64,000 nt of DNA from positions 53,970,010 to 54,034,009 of the forward strand of contig NC_068991.1 of assembly GCF_001194135.2 (NCBI RefSeq), in the 5' to 3' direction. The translations under genes were made by a program, and so were the position numbers. Positions 49,927 through 63,445 of the stretch are shown here, in pieces. The notes under the pieces are model-generated. The model worked only from the letters and a program-made list of their open reading frames with translations, made no database searches and was not told where the DNA came from. This stretch comes from Octopus bimaculoides (Eukaryota). The number at the start of each line of letters is the position of its first letter. Positions within the stretch are counted from its first letter, which is position 1.

Positions 49927-50577
49927 CGTAACTAGTGTCCTACAGTTTTATAATTACTGAATCAACTTTTGTTCAGAGGTTTTCTTTTTCTGGAGTAATT
50001 TCTTTCTTTCTTTCTTTATTATTTTTCTTTTCTTTTTTTTTTACTTGTGTAAACTTTTAATTCCCGTCTTTCAAAATCGCAGCTTAACGTGGCAACTACA
50101 CTTTAATTAAAATCTCGGTGGTTTTAACACTAAAGAGAGTTGGTTTCATCGTCTGCTTTCACTTTAATATTAAACACTTAACTCTTTCACTTTCATATTA
50201 AATATCATCCGAGTAGCCCAAAAAAGAATAATTGTTTACAATTATTAGAAGCGTCGTGAGCGAGAAGAAAGTGTCAACGAATACTTTCCGAAATTGTTTA
50301 TTTTCTCTATTTGCATTGTTAAATATATTGACCCAAATGATTGCCTGACACTCTCCCTGTCTTTTCTCTTATCTATTTAAAATCGCTTTTGTTGTCTGGT
50401 GTTAAATTCTACAGTGTTAACGTTCAAGCACATAATAAAAGATGACCTCGTGATAACGTATATTTCATAATAAAATATTACCCCCCCCCATCCAATTTTG
50501 TGTGTGTGTGTGTGTGTGTGTGTATTCACACACACACACACACGCTCATGCATACACACATATAAATATTGATACAT

Positions 50578-50624
<47 letters not shown>

Positions 50625-50651
50625 TACATATATGCATATATATATATATAT

Positions 50652-50654
<3 letters not shown>

Positions 50655-50683
<29 letters not shown>

Positions 50684-51100
50684 TTAACGTCCGTTGTCCA
50701 TGCTGGCATGGGTTGGACGCTTTGACCAGAGCTGGTAAGCTAGAAGGCTGCACCAAACTCCAGTCTGATTTGGCATGGTTTCTACAGCTGGATGCGCTTT
50801 CTAACACCACCCACTCCGAGGGTGTAATGGGTGCTTTTACATGCCACCAGCATGGGTGCCATTTGCATGACACTGGTATCTGCCATGACTGCAAATTTAT
50901 TTGGCTTTATGTGTCTTCTTCTCAAGCATTGCATAATGCCTAAAGTTTCAGTCATTGCCTCTGTGAGGCCCAACACCTGAAAGGAGCTTTTCATGTGCCA
51001 CCAGCATCAGTCACTTTGCCTCCGTGAGGCCCAACACTCGGAAGGTGCTTTTTATGTGTCACCAGCGTGGGTACCAGTTACATGACACCAGCATCAACCG
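50655..51100 (-). mobile_element. Short 3' tail of the same RTE family; other copies near 2280-2400, 38510-38690, 42100-42330, 53640-53930 and 55700-55990 in either orientation
   Basis: Shared TTTAACGTCCG..CCATGCTRGCATGGGTTGGAC and GGATGCCCTTCC motifs next to (ATC)n. LGLTEAMT appears in the 50782-50994 minus-strand ORF. Confidence 0.75.
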
Positions 51101-52349
51101 CGACTACGATATCTTTTATCTCTTATCCTTTACTTGTTTCTGTCATCAGACTGCAGCCATGCTGAGGTACTGCATTGAAGAATTTTAGTTGAGTGAATCT
51201 ACTCCAGAACCTAACTTTTTTTTGTAAAACCTGGTGCTTGTATTGTCAGTCTCTTTTGCCGAACTCTCAGGTTATGGGATGTAAACACACCAACACTAGT
51301 TGTGAAGTGGTGGTAGGAGACAAACACAAACACAAAGACATACATGCACACTTACACACACACACACACACACATTGCTTAATTAAATGGAGTCGCATGA
51401 AACGATCGTACTGCATTAACTTTGGATATCCTTGTTGCTTATTTTGACTATATATATATACATACATACGACAGGCATCTTTCAGTTTCTGTCTACCAAA
51501 TCAACTTATATGGCTTTGGTCAGCCCATGGCTATAATAAAAGGCACTTGCTCAAGGTGCCACACCATGACAGTGAACCTGGAGCCATGTGGCTGGGAAGC
51601 AATAATAATAGATACTATCATCTAATAAGGTGACATTATCTACCAACAGCTTCTAATAAGCTTCCTGAGCATTTGATGGAATTCATTTCACATGTAGTCT
51701 AACTATTAAAATTTCCTATGCATGAACCACATACAAAGTTTACTGTCTGTATCAGAATACCTGTGATTCCATTATTTCTTGCATAGCACTAGGTATACCT
51801 TTTTCAATTCCTACTTGATCTTTTCTACATTCAGGTTATTTCTCTGATGGTAGTAGGGTCTGGTCTTTTCTCATTCTTACTAAAATTTGAGTCGTCTTTT
51901 TTTTTTTTTTCCACGTCTTTATTCTGAGGCCTCTTGGTTCTAACTTTTGTTTCCAAATCTAGAATTTTTTCTCTGATGGACTACTACTTCTGTGCTTTGT
52001 CTTTGAACTTGTCACTTGGGGTTGTATTGTTGCTGGCTGGTCTGTATGTAATCCTCCTTATACACATCTATATTAAAATATGCTTTCAGTTTAGCATTCT
52101 GCCTTATTATTTTTTATTTTCCTATATATATATATATATATATATATAGATAGATATACATACATACACATACACATATTATATATATATAAGTATTATA
52201 TAGCTGTGCTATTTAATGCTTTTTGGGGCCTGCAATTGCCGATATTATTGAGTCTATTATTATCATTTTTAACTGTTACACTAAATAATAACAGAGTCAA
52301 TGGTATCTTCACAAGTATTTTCTCCTGAATTATTTGCTCCGTATTGATA

Positions 52350-52864
52350 TCTATATATATAAAGATGAGAATGTGTGTCTGTGAGTCTGTCTGTGTGAAT
52401 CCCTAAAACTTGCGAACTACACCACCAATTTCATTCAAATTTTATACATGCCTTACTTATGGTCCAGGTAGTGTTTTAGGCCAAAAAAAGTTTTAACTTC
52501 TTGCCTAGTGCGAGCCCAGTGCAATATCACATCTCTTCCACTATTACAGTATTACGTGTCAAAAGTGAAACAATAACATTTCTCTATTCTTATGTCAGAC
52601 AGTTTCACTTTAATAGTTTCACTTTAATATTTTCACTTTAATAGTTTCACTCTAATACTGAAACTAGTAAAGTGAAACTATTATCTCATATATACATTAA
52701 CTATAAAAACACTGTCTGATAACATATAAAATATAAACTGAAGCTAAAACTTATTAAAATATTCTAATTGTTTCTTCAACTTACCGGAGAAGGGCTCCTG
52801 ACTCCTTTTACTGCAGGCGAAGGAGTAAAAAACGAAGATATTTTGACTTGTCCGGGCAGCTATT
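52350..52864 (+). mobile_element. Non-autonomous Helitron-like (DINE-1/HINE-type) element
   Basis: Starts A|TCTATATATATAAAG, followed by a (GTCT)-like tract, an internal 14-bp repeat (AGTTTCACTTTAAT)n at about 52600-52660, hairpin ACTCCTT...AAGGAGT at 52801-52826, and a degenerate end TCCGGGCAGCTAT. Confidence 0.6.
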
Positions 52865-54078
52865 ACAGACAAATTAACAATTCGACTCGAGAGATAAACA
52901 CAAACCACCTCGTGATGACTGCAAAACTCCCGCCAAATTAGCCAGAAACACACACACGAACACGTCCATTTCATATATCTTCTTTCAATTTTGCTCTCTG
53001 CAAATAAAATTTTTACAGATACAACTACTTACAAAAATAGGGATTAATATATAATTTCTTACTATGTTCATAATTAAATCAATGTTTTCATGATTAGACA
53101 GAGGTCCAATAGAATAGCTCTCACAAACAGACTACATACAAATCCGTTCTTCAGGAGTTTTCAAACTACATAATAAGCAGAATTGTCTTTACTTTGCTGC
53201 TCCTATGAAACCTAAAAGTACTTGTAACATTGTAATGTGTATTAATAATATTGTAAAAATACAAAAATAAAATGTAAAAATCAGATTACTTTGAAAATCA
53301 ACAGGCTTACATACATACATACATACATACATACATGCATGCATACATGCATATATACATATATANNNNNNNNNNNNNNNNNNNATATATATATATATAA
53401 TCACTATGAGGATATTTAGACCTCTTATAGGGTTATTTTAATCCAAGCTACACTGGTTTAATATATTATATTTTGAAGAGATATTTCTTCAATGAATATA
53501 TTATAAAATATCGTAAACTATCAAATATTATCAGGTTTGAAAATGGAAAGATTCAATGGATATAAATTAATTTATCAATTAACTATCATCATTGCCTACA
53601 ATTGTTTCATTTCACATCCACTTTAAATTACAAAACATATATAATCGTTGCCAGTTCCGCTGGACTGGCTCCTGTGCATGTGGCACATAAAAAACACCAT
53701 TTTGAACATGGCCGTTGCCAGTACCGCCTGACTGGCCTTCATGCCAGTAGCACGTAAAAACACCCACTACACTCTCGGAGTGGTTGGAATTAGGAAGGGC
53801 ATCCAGCTGTAGAAACTCTGCCAAATCAGATTGGAGCCTGGTGTAGCCATCTGGTTCACCAGAACTCAGTCAAATCGTCCAACCCATGGAAAGCGGACGT
53901 TAAACGATGAGGATGATGATGATGATGATATAAATATATAAGTTTGCTTCTCAAAATATCTTGGGTGGAAAATCTTCAGGGCATGAAAAAGGACAATACA
54001 GGGATTACATTTTGATCAGTTGAAATACTTAAATAGACTAATAATACATGTATTGTATTTCCTCTTAGAGAGGGAAAA

Positions 54079-54177
<99 letters not shown>

Positions 54178-54224
54178 AAACAGAGAGCAACAGAAATGTG
54201 TCGGGATTAATGGTTCCATATATC

Positions 54225-54226
54225 AG

Positions 54227-54257
<31 letters not shown>

Positions 54258-54965
54258 GTCATCATCATCTTCATTTAACATCCATTTTCTATGCTGGCAT
54301 GGGTTGGACAGTTTGACAGGAGCTGTCCAGACTCCAATTGTCTGTTTTGGCATGGTAGCACCAAACACATTACAGAGTGTGCTGGGTGCCTTTCATGTTC
54401 CACTAGCATGGGTACATTTATGTAGCACTGGCATGAGTGCACCTTACATGGCACCAGCACAAGTGCATTTTGCATGGCACCAGCACCTGCAAAAGACATG
54501 TCTGTAAGTATGGATGACCATGATTATACTAAGCTTGATGTTTTCTTCTCAAGTACAGCAAATTACCACAACTCCAGGCCCCTTATCATTTCCTCAGTGA
54601 AGCCCAGCATTTGAAAATCTTTTTTCACCTCTTTGTCCCATGTCTTCCTGGGTCTACCCCTTCCACAGGTTCACCCCAAAATTAGAAATCAGCAATTCTT
54701 TAAGCAGCTGTCCTCATCCATATGCATCACATGACTTAACCAGTGCAGTTTTTTTCTCTTACACACATCTGATGCCTCATATACCCAGTTTTCCTCTTAA
54801 ACAATTTACACTCTGTCATATGTGCACACTGACGTTACCCATCAAGTGGAATATGCTGGCTTCATTTCTTTCAAGCCTTCACAAGTCTTCTGTAGTCATA
54901 GCCCATGTTTCACTGTCATGTGGCGTAGCATAGCTGTACATACACAGGTATCATACGATCTGCCT
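54225..54965 (-). mobile_element. RTE-clade LINE 3' end with (GAT)n tail
   Basis: Minus strand gives stop-ridden GRxYDxCV.TAML...W.M.E...GRGRPxxTW remnants, then the 3' UTR whose + strand reads TTTAACRTCCRTTTTCYATGCTGGCATGGGTTGGAC, then an (ATC)n tract. Confidence 0.78.
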
Positions 54966-56556
54966 TCCATTCTGAGGGGAGGCGAAAGGAGAGAGAGGGA
55001 AGGGGAGGTGAAAGGAGTGGGCAAAAAGAGGAACAAGGAAGGGGGAAAGGAGGGGAGGAGCGGGAAGAGAATGTGGTGATGATGATGATGATGATGATGA
55101 GGATGATGATGAGGATGATGATGATGATGATACTCTTTGAAAATGTTGATCAGGATTTTTTACTCTTTTTTTTTTACTTTCCAGTAGAGAAACATGAGAA
55201 GTAATTGCTGAAGAAGAAGAAGAAGAAGACGAAGAAGAAGAAGAAGAAGAAGAAGAAGAAGAAGAAGAAGNNNNNNNNNNNNNNNNNNNNNNNNNNNNNN
55301 NNNNNNNNNNNNNNNNNNNNNNNNNNNNNNNNNNNNNNNNNNNNNNNNNNNNNNNNNNNNNNNNNNNNNNNNNNNNNNNNNNNNNNNNNNNNNNNNNNNN
55401 NNNNNNNNNNNNNNNNNNNNNNNNNNNNNNNNNNNNNNNNNNNNNNNNNNNNNNNNNNNNNNNNNNNNNNNNNNNNNNNNNNNNNNNNNNNNNNNNNNNN
55501 NNNNNNNNNNNNNNNNNNNNNNNNNNNNNNNNNNNNNNNNNNNNNNNNNNNNNNNNNNNNNNNNNNNNNNNNNNNNNNNNNNNNNNNNNNNNNNNNNNNN
55601 NNNNNNNNNNNNNNNNNNNNNNNNNNNNNNNNNNNNNNNNNNNNNNNNNNNNNNNNNNNNNNNNNNNNNNNNNNNNNNNNNNNNNNNNNNNNNNNNNNNN
55701 ATCATCATCATCATCATCGTTTAACGTCCGCCTTCCATGCTAGCATGGGTTGGACGATTTGACTGAGGACTGGCGAACCAGATGGCTGCACCAGGCTCCA
55801 ATCTGATCTGGCAGAGTTTCTACAGCTGGATGCCCTTCCTAATGCCAACCACTCCGAGAGTGTAGTGGGTGCTTTTATGTGCCACCAGCAAGAAGGTCAG
55901 TCAGGTGGTACTGGCAACAGCCATGCTCAAAATGGTGTTTTTTATGTGCCACATGCACAGGAGCCAGTCCAGCAGCTCTGGCAACGACCTCACTCGAATA
56001 GTAGATGGAAACTGAAAGAAGCCCATCGAATACATACGATGATGATATATTAGCATTCAGGTTCTGCTGAATAACCTGTACAAATGATTTGTTTATAGTG
56101 ATCAAATGTTCTTGCCACACATTAGCTCACTCCCTCCATCAAATCAACATTGTCTGAACAGGTGCACAGTGTACCACGTATTAGGTGTTGAAGTGATTGC
56201 TGAGCAATGCAAGATGAAGTGTTTTGCTCAAGAACACAACACACCACCCATTCAAGGAATTGAAATCACGATCTCGTGATATGAGTGTAACACCCTAACC
56301 ATTAAGCCATGTGTGTATATGAATGTGTGTGTGTGTGTGTGTGTGTGTGAGTGTGTGTGTGTGTGTAAGTATATATCTATGTATGTGTGTCTTTGTGTCT
56401 GTGTTTGTCTCCCCATCACCACTTGACAACTGGTGTTGGTGTGTTTACAATCCCCATAAATTAGTGGTTCAGCAAAAAGAGACTGATAAAACCCTTTAAG
56501 CCGGTGCTCCAGCATGGCCATAGCCAAATGATTGAAACAAGTAAAAAATTAAAGAA

Positions 56557-57434
56557 AGGTGCAATGGGTAAACTGTCACCATCTTATATTTTTAATTTTG
56601 CACATATGCATCATTTGTTTTAAATTTTGCTGACAACACAGTATAGTAGGGTCAATTGGGCATTATCTGTAAGAAAAACAACACCATGATGCAATTCACT
56701 CTGCCAGAAATTTTGAAGCAACTTGCTGTACTACTTGGCATTCACACTGGAAGCTCCAATATGAACATTTCAGAATATTTAGGTGTCAATCTGAGGACAG
56801 TGCAATCTGAGGACATGTACCAAGAGTGATAAAAATCAAACACCCAGTCAACATCATGATATTTGGAGTGATCACTAGTGATGGCGATGTTATGCCTCCA
56901 TTCATCACCCCCACAGCCTCACACTCAACATGGAAGCCTACATCAAGTGCCTGGAGGCAGTAGTGCTTCCCTGGGTCAAGAGGGTGGCTGCTGGAAGACA
57001 CTATGTCTGGCAACAGGACTCTGCACCATGCCATACAAACAAGAGAATCCAGTCATGGCTGTCAGAGAATTTCTGCAACCACATCACCCCTAACATCTGG
57101 CCACCTAACAACTCCTCAGACTACAATCCCCTTGATTATTATGTGTGGGGTGCAGTTGAGTGAGAGTTCAACAAAACTCCTTGTAGCACCAAAGATGAAC
57201 TGAAGACAAGTATTATGGCATCATTCACCAACTTAAACAAAGGAAACCATCTAGAAGAGTTTCAGGAGATTCCAAAGTCATCTGGAGGCCATGGTTTGAA
57301 GACAATGGCGATTTTATTGATTAAATTTGCTCTTCAGTATTCCAAGACACTTTTATGTAATTTTTGTCAAATGAGAAGCCAGTGTTATTTTCATTTTTGC
57401 ATAATTTAGACAACAGTTTATTCACTGCATCCTG
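56557..57434 (+). mobile_element. Internally deleted Tc1/mariner transposon (DD37D/maT-like)
   Basis: KHPVNIMIFGVITSDG...YVWQQDSAPCH...WPPNNSSDYNPLDYYVWGAVE. Imperfect TIRs: GGTGCAATGGGTAAACTGTC on the left and GACAACAGTTTATTCACTGCATCCTG|TA on the right. Confidence 0.85.
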
Positions 57435-57446
57435 TATATAAATATA

Positions 57447-57501
<55 letters not shown>

Positions 57502-57746
57502 NNNNNNNNNNNNNNNNNNNNNNNNNNNNNNNNNNNNNNNNNNNNNNNNNNNNNNNNNNNNNNNNNNNNNNNNNNNNNNNNNNNNNNNNNNNNNNNNNNN
57601 NNNNNNNNNNTATATATATATATATATATGTATGTATATATATATATGTGTATATATGTATGTATATATATATGTATATAAATATATATGTATATTTATA
57701 TATATATGTATGTATATATATATATATGTATGTATATATGTACATA

Positions 57747-58480
57747 TCTATACATATAAATTTAACACGGGCGATTCTTTCTTGTCTTGGGACTCACAGT
57801 CAAACGACTGGGTGGAATTGCGCAAAAAATTACACAGATGTGTAGAATGATCCGGTGGTGATACTGAGTTTTGTATTTTTTTCATAGCTCCCATGGTTAC
57901 CAGGATAATCTACTATAATAATACTCTTGTGTTTATGAATGAGAAAGGAAGGGGTGATAGAGGAATAAGGAAGGAAGGGGTAATGTCATATTTTTTCATA
58001 GCTCCCTTGGTTATTGAGATAATCTACTATAATAATACTCTTGTGTTTATGAATAAGAAAGGAAGGGGTAAGGAAGAGGTGATGTCATATTGGTAGTGGG
58101 ATGATGAAAATTGTATGCTGAAAAAATAAATCAAACAGTGTTTCAACTCTGTGCGAATATATGCGTGTATATGTAAAAGTGGGGTATGTGAATGTTTGTC
58201 TGTGTGTGTTTGTGTGTGTATCTGCTTGTGTGCGTGCAATGGAAGTGGGATAGTTCATCTTTGTTCACTTTGTATTTGGGTTCATTTTTTGATTTGGTTG
58301 AATCTTGGTTGGCTTATTTTTTGTTGGTCAGTTATTTTTAGTGTTTTGAGAGAAAAAAGTTATTCTAAAATCGTTTTTCTTTTAATGTAAGCATGCCCAA
58401 ACAAGTCAAATGCTTACGCAGAGCAGGTTTTACAGCCACATCATCCAAACTGACCGGTTGAAACCGGGCTTAGCTGCTAG
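57747..58480 (+). mobile_element. Non-autonomous Helitron
   Basis: A|TCTATACATATAAA...CTAG|T. The CCGGTT-GA-AACCGG hairpin (58454-58467) lies 9 nt before CTAG. Internal ~113-bp tandem duplication at about 57876-58090. Confidence 0.78.
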
Positions 58481-58490
58481 TATATACATA

Positions 58491-58524
<34 letters not shown>

Positions 58525-59061
58525 NNNNNNNNNNNNNNNNNNNNNNNNNNNNNNNNNNNNNNNNNNNNNNNNNNNNNNNNNNNNNNNNNNNNNNNNNNNN
58601 NNNNNNNNNNNNNNNNNNNNNNNNNNNNNNNNNNNNNNNNNNNNNNNNNNNNNNNNNNNNNNNNNNNNNNNNNNNNNNNNNNNNNNNNNNNNNNNNNNNN
58701 NNNNNNNNNNNNNNNNNNNNNNNNNNNNNNNNNNNNNNNNNNNNNNNNNNNNNNNNNNNNNNNNNNNNNNNNNNNNNNNNNNNNNNNNNNNNNNNNNNNN
58801 NNNNNNNNNNNNNNNNNNNNNNNNNNNNNNNNNNNNNNNNNNNNNNNNNNNNNNNNNNNNNNNNNNNNNNNNNNNNNNNNNNNNNNNNNNNNNNNNNNNN
58901 NNNNNNNNNNNNNNNNNNNNNNNNNNNNNNNNNNNNNNNNNNNNNNNNNNNNNNNNNNNNNNNNNNNNNNNNNNNNNNNNNNNNNNNNNNNNNNNNNNNN
59001 NNNNNNNNNNNNNNNNNNNNNNNNNNNNNNNNNNNNNNNNNNNNNNNNNNNNNNNNNNNNN

Positions 59062-59752
59062 TCCAACTACGACTACCAGCATCGCCGCCAGCATCAACAT
59101 GACTCTACGTACTACCAGCATCGCCGCCAGCGTCAACATGACTCTACACGTACACAAGCTACCAACAGCTAACCGCAGCACTTCTCTTCGATCCTGTTTG
59201 TGTGATTTCTTCACCACGATAAATAACAGCCAAGAATTTAGCCTGCGAAGAACATCTGTATTCAAGAACCCGGCTTGGCATGGAAGCCCTAACATCACGA
59301 CGAGTGATCGCTCTGCCCTACATGCCTTAACTTCTTATATACAGACACTTACCACTGTGTACTCTAACAAAGAACTGGTATCTTAAATTCTAATCCGTGT
59401 TACTGACTCTTTTCTATCCGCTGTAACTCTTACATGCACATACATGTATTACTTGCACACACTCTTTTGTTTACATGACGGCCAGTCTTATATTGTGTTT
59501 TATTATGTCGCATTCACACTCACACACAGACATACGATTTAATGCTCCAATAAATTCTACTGTTATTCATCTTTATCGGTTGTGTCAATATCGTCTTCCT
59601 TACTGGCATTTACGAATTCTCTATGTTAGAGAATTATAACATATATCGTCATTTTATATTTTTGTGTTCGACCGTGTGACGCATTTAAAGAAGGAGCCTG
59701 TTTTTCCATTCGTCACCATTTCTCCTTTTGGGTTTGCACGGTCGTTCTTACA
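59062..59752. mobile_element. Probable LTR of an LTR retrotransposon, with its 5' part in the N-gap
   Basis: CpG-rich relative to the flanks. Ends ...TTCTTACA directly against (TA)n, with (TA)n also left of the gap. 39-bp tandem duplication at 59072-59149. AATAAA at 59549. Confidence 0.55.
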
Positions 59753-62354
59753 TATATATATATATATATATGTTTGTATGTATATGTATACATATATTAC
59801 ATATATATAAAATATACATACACTTATACACACACACACACATATCTATGCATGCATGTTTTTGCGTCTGTGTTTGTCCCCCCCCACACACACACGCACA
59901 CTTCTTGACAGCTGGTGTTGGTGTGCTTATGTTTCCATAACTTAACAGTTTTGGCAGCAAAAGAAACCAATAGAATAAGTACCAGACTTTTAAAAAAAAA
60001 TGAAAAATCAGGATCAATTCATTTGATTAATAATTATTCAAGGTGGTGCCCCAGCATGGCCACAGTCTAATGACTGAAACAAGTAAAAAAAAAAAAGTAC
60101 AAGGTATTAATTGGCAAATGAGATTCATTGTGAAGGTAAATTCCTGAAAGTATCTTTAAAAGAGAAATATTAAGTTACAGAAGAGATTTGTTGTCTCCCA
60201 CAACCAAGTGTAATATAATATTGAAGTATGTGGAGAGAGGTTCTGTATAACATATCTGTCCAACTGTACAGATATTAGAGTGGGGGTGGGGTGGTAATGG
60301 TGGTGATGATGATGGTGCTGTTGCTGTTAGTGATGGTGGTGGTGGTGGCACTAGTGAAGGCAATGATGACAAATAATGATGATTTTTATTACCAATCAAA
60401 AAAGGAAAAAAAAGAAAAACAATTACTGCTCCTAGAAGTTGTTTATAGGAGAATTACCTTTAAAATAAATTAATGCTTATTTCAAATGAAAAGTAATTAT
60501 CTGAAATAACAACAAAATTAATTTACAAGGGTCAGAAGAGACGGCAAATCAGACACAAATGCTTTGGGGTCATAGGACACTGAAAAACTTCTCGTTTGTA
60601 TAAGATTTATTTAGGGTGACTCAGCCTAGTAAGACCCCATACCTTCTCAAGTTATATTCATAAAAGTTGACTTCAACATTACAAGCTAATGAAATGCTAA
60701 GTTTTATAATGTTCTCCCTGTACATGGAACTTAGTTGTCACTATGCTACTGCACCTACTTATAACTTAGACAGACCAAGCTATTTGAGAGTATTAAGTGT
60801 CTTGGCCATGCAGTAAAATACAGTCCTATGACAGCAGACAAACTGTTCACCTTGAGGCTGACTGTCCAGTACACAGTATACTTAACTATCCTCTGTGTAT
60901 TTTGACAAGACCTTTAGTTTCATTAATTCTGTGACATTCAGCTGGCTCTTTTTTTATTCTATTTCTACAGTAAGCGCAGGAGTGACTGTGTGGTAAGTAG
61001 CTTGCTTACCAACTACATGGTTCTAGGTTCAGTCTCACTGCATGGCACCTTCCATCTACCAAATCCACTCACAAGGCTTTGGTTGGCCCAAGGCTATAGT
61101 AGAAGGCACTTGCCCAAGGTGCCACGCAGTGGGAATGAACCCGGAACCATGTGGTTGGTAAGCAAGCTACTTACCACACAGCCACTCCTGCACCTATATA
61201 TATATATATATANNNNNNNNNNNNNNNNNNNNNNNNNNNNNNNNNNNNNNNNNNNNNNNNNNNNNNNNNNNNNNNNNNNNNNNNNNNNNNNNNNNNNNNN
61301 NNNNNNNNNNNNNNNNNNNNNNNNNNNNNNNNNNNNNNNNNNNNNNNNNNNNNNNNNNNNNNNNNNNNNNNNNNNNNNNNNNNNNNNNNNNNNNNNNNNN
61401 NNNNNNNNNNNNNNNNNNNNNNNNNNNNNNNNNNNNNNNNNNNNNNNNNNNNNNNNNNNNNNNNNNNNNNNNNNNNNNNNNNNNNNNNNNNNNNNNNNNN
61501 NNNNNNNNNNNNNNNNNNNNNNNNNNNNNNNNNNNNNNNNNNNNNNNNNNNNNNNNNNNNNNNNNNNNNNNNNNNNNNNNNNNNNNNNNNNNNNNNNNNN
61601 NNNNNNNNNNNNNNNNNNNNNNNNNNNNNNNNNNNNNNNNNNNNNNNTCTGTAAGAGTGGTGAAATTGTTTTGTGCTGCCATTGCTAGTCAGCAGCAATG
61701 AGGAGGGGTGCTGAGAAGATATATTTGAGTCCATGAAAAATAGCTGATAAAAATAGATTAGTAGATTAAGCTACACCCATTTTTGAAAAAGTCATTTAAG
61801 GTACAAGAATACCAAAGATCCTTATTTAGGCTTTGCTGTGTTTCAGATTTACTTGCTGTCCTATAAGCAGAGAAAAAAAACCCAGCAAACTTATTAAGAG
61901 TTGTAAGCAGCTTGTTAAATTAAGAAAAAAAAAATTATGAATTATAGGCACAGGTGTGAATGTGTGGCTAAGAAGTTTGCCTCCCAACCATGTGGTTTCA
62001 GGTTCAGTCCCACTGCATGGCACCTAGGGCAATTGCCTTCTGCTATAGCTTTTAGTTTTACCTAGTACTTTCTGTAATATTGAAATCTGAATTTAGTTTA
62101 ACATTTGGCTTTATATTATTATTTTTTTCTTACAAAAAGTTTACTATATTTTTAACATAATTATTTAATATTAAAAATTTTGGTTTTATTGTTAAATTTA
62201 TTTTTTATTTTTCCAATCTGTGTTTTAATTTTTTTGAGATTTTATTAAATTGAGCAATAGCAGAACCTATTACATACTTTTTGCTTTATTTCCTATTTTT
62301 AAATATATCATATTCTTCCTCTTGCTAAAATTTTTAAATAGTTTTCAATGTAGC

Positions 62355-62555
62355 GAAAAGTGCTTTACAGTGGAATCCGGATGGATATAGAAAGAGGGGT
62401 AGGCCTAAGAACTTGTGGCGTAGATCAACACAAAAGGACGTTCATGGCAGAGTATAAGTACAGAAGCGAAAAATTATGCGACATGGAATTCAATTATAAG
62501 TGGCCTATATTCCGCATTGGAGGGTTAAAGGCAAGAAAGAAGAAGTATTTATTAG
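62355..62555 (+). mobile_element. RTE-clade LINE extreme 3' fragment
   Basis: ALQWNPDGYRKRGRPKNLWRRSTQKDV, then ...SGLYSALEG* and a (GAA)n tail. Confidence 0.75.
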
Positions 62556-63395
62556 TATGTTACTATAATGATTTGATAAAGTTTCAGCATATCTCTTGGT
62601 TTTTAAGAATCACATTATTTCATATATATGAAAACTATGGATCAAACTTGTTTATAATCTATTAACTGAAAAAGCTGTTTGTCTTTACATGATAATAATA
62701 TCTAAGCTTTATACCAGTGGGACTTAACCTGAGTCTTGATGTAACAAAAAAAATTACAAAATAAAGGCAAATGTTAAAGCTACTGTTCAAAATTAGTGGG
62801 AGTTTTAAGGGATATGTAGTGGGGTCAATAAATACAGAAAATGGTAAGCAGCACTAAAATAGCAGAATAAGAAAACTAAAGGTATAAGGTGATACTTTTG
62901 CATTTTTTCATAAACTTCTCATTATTTCACCATGCTCTCGCTAAGAGAATAAATATAATTAGAGAAATTCCTGCTTTTTCTCAAGAGCTCACGCCCCTCC
63001 CCCCTTGGAAATTACTGATGCCCCCTAGAGGGAGGGGAGTATGCCCCCGAGGTTAAGAACCACTGATCTATACACTGTGGATGCCCATTTCAACACTTTT
63101 ATAGAGTAACATATGCAAGAAAGTCATGGGTGAGAAAGGGATTCCAGAGGGTTTCAGAACTAGGATTAAATGATTTATCATTTGTTTTTACTTGCTTCAG
63201 CCATTGAACTTTGACAATGCTGGAGCACCAGACACCAGTATTTGTTTTTTTTTTTAAAGTCTGGTACTTATTCTATCAGTCTCTCTCACCAAATTGCAAA
63301 GTTACATGGATATAAACAAATCATTACTGGTTGTTGACTAGTGGAGTGGAGGACAAACATAGAGAAGCGTGTGCATACGCGCACACACACACACA

Positions 63396-63445
<50 letters not shown>

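Noticed and set aside
58490-59386. Thr/Ser-rich ORF after the gap (PTTTTSIAASINMTLRTT...)
   Set aside because: Produced by the 39-bp repeat in the LTR-like segment, with no start or splice support.
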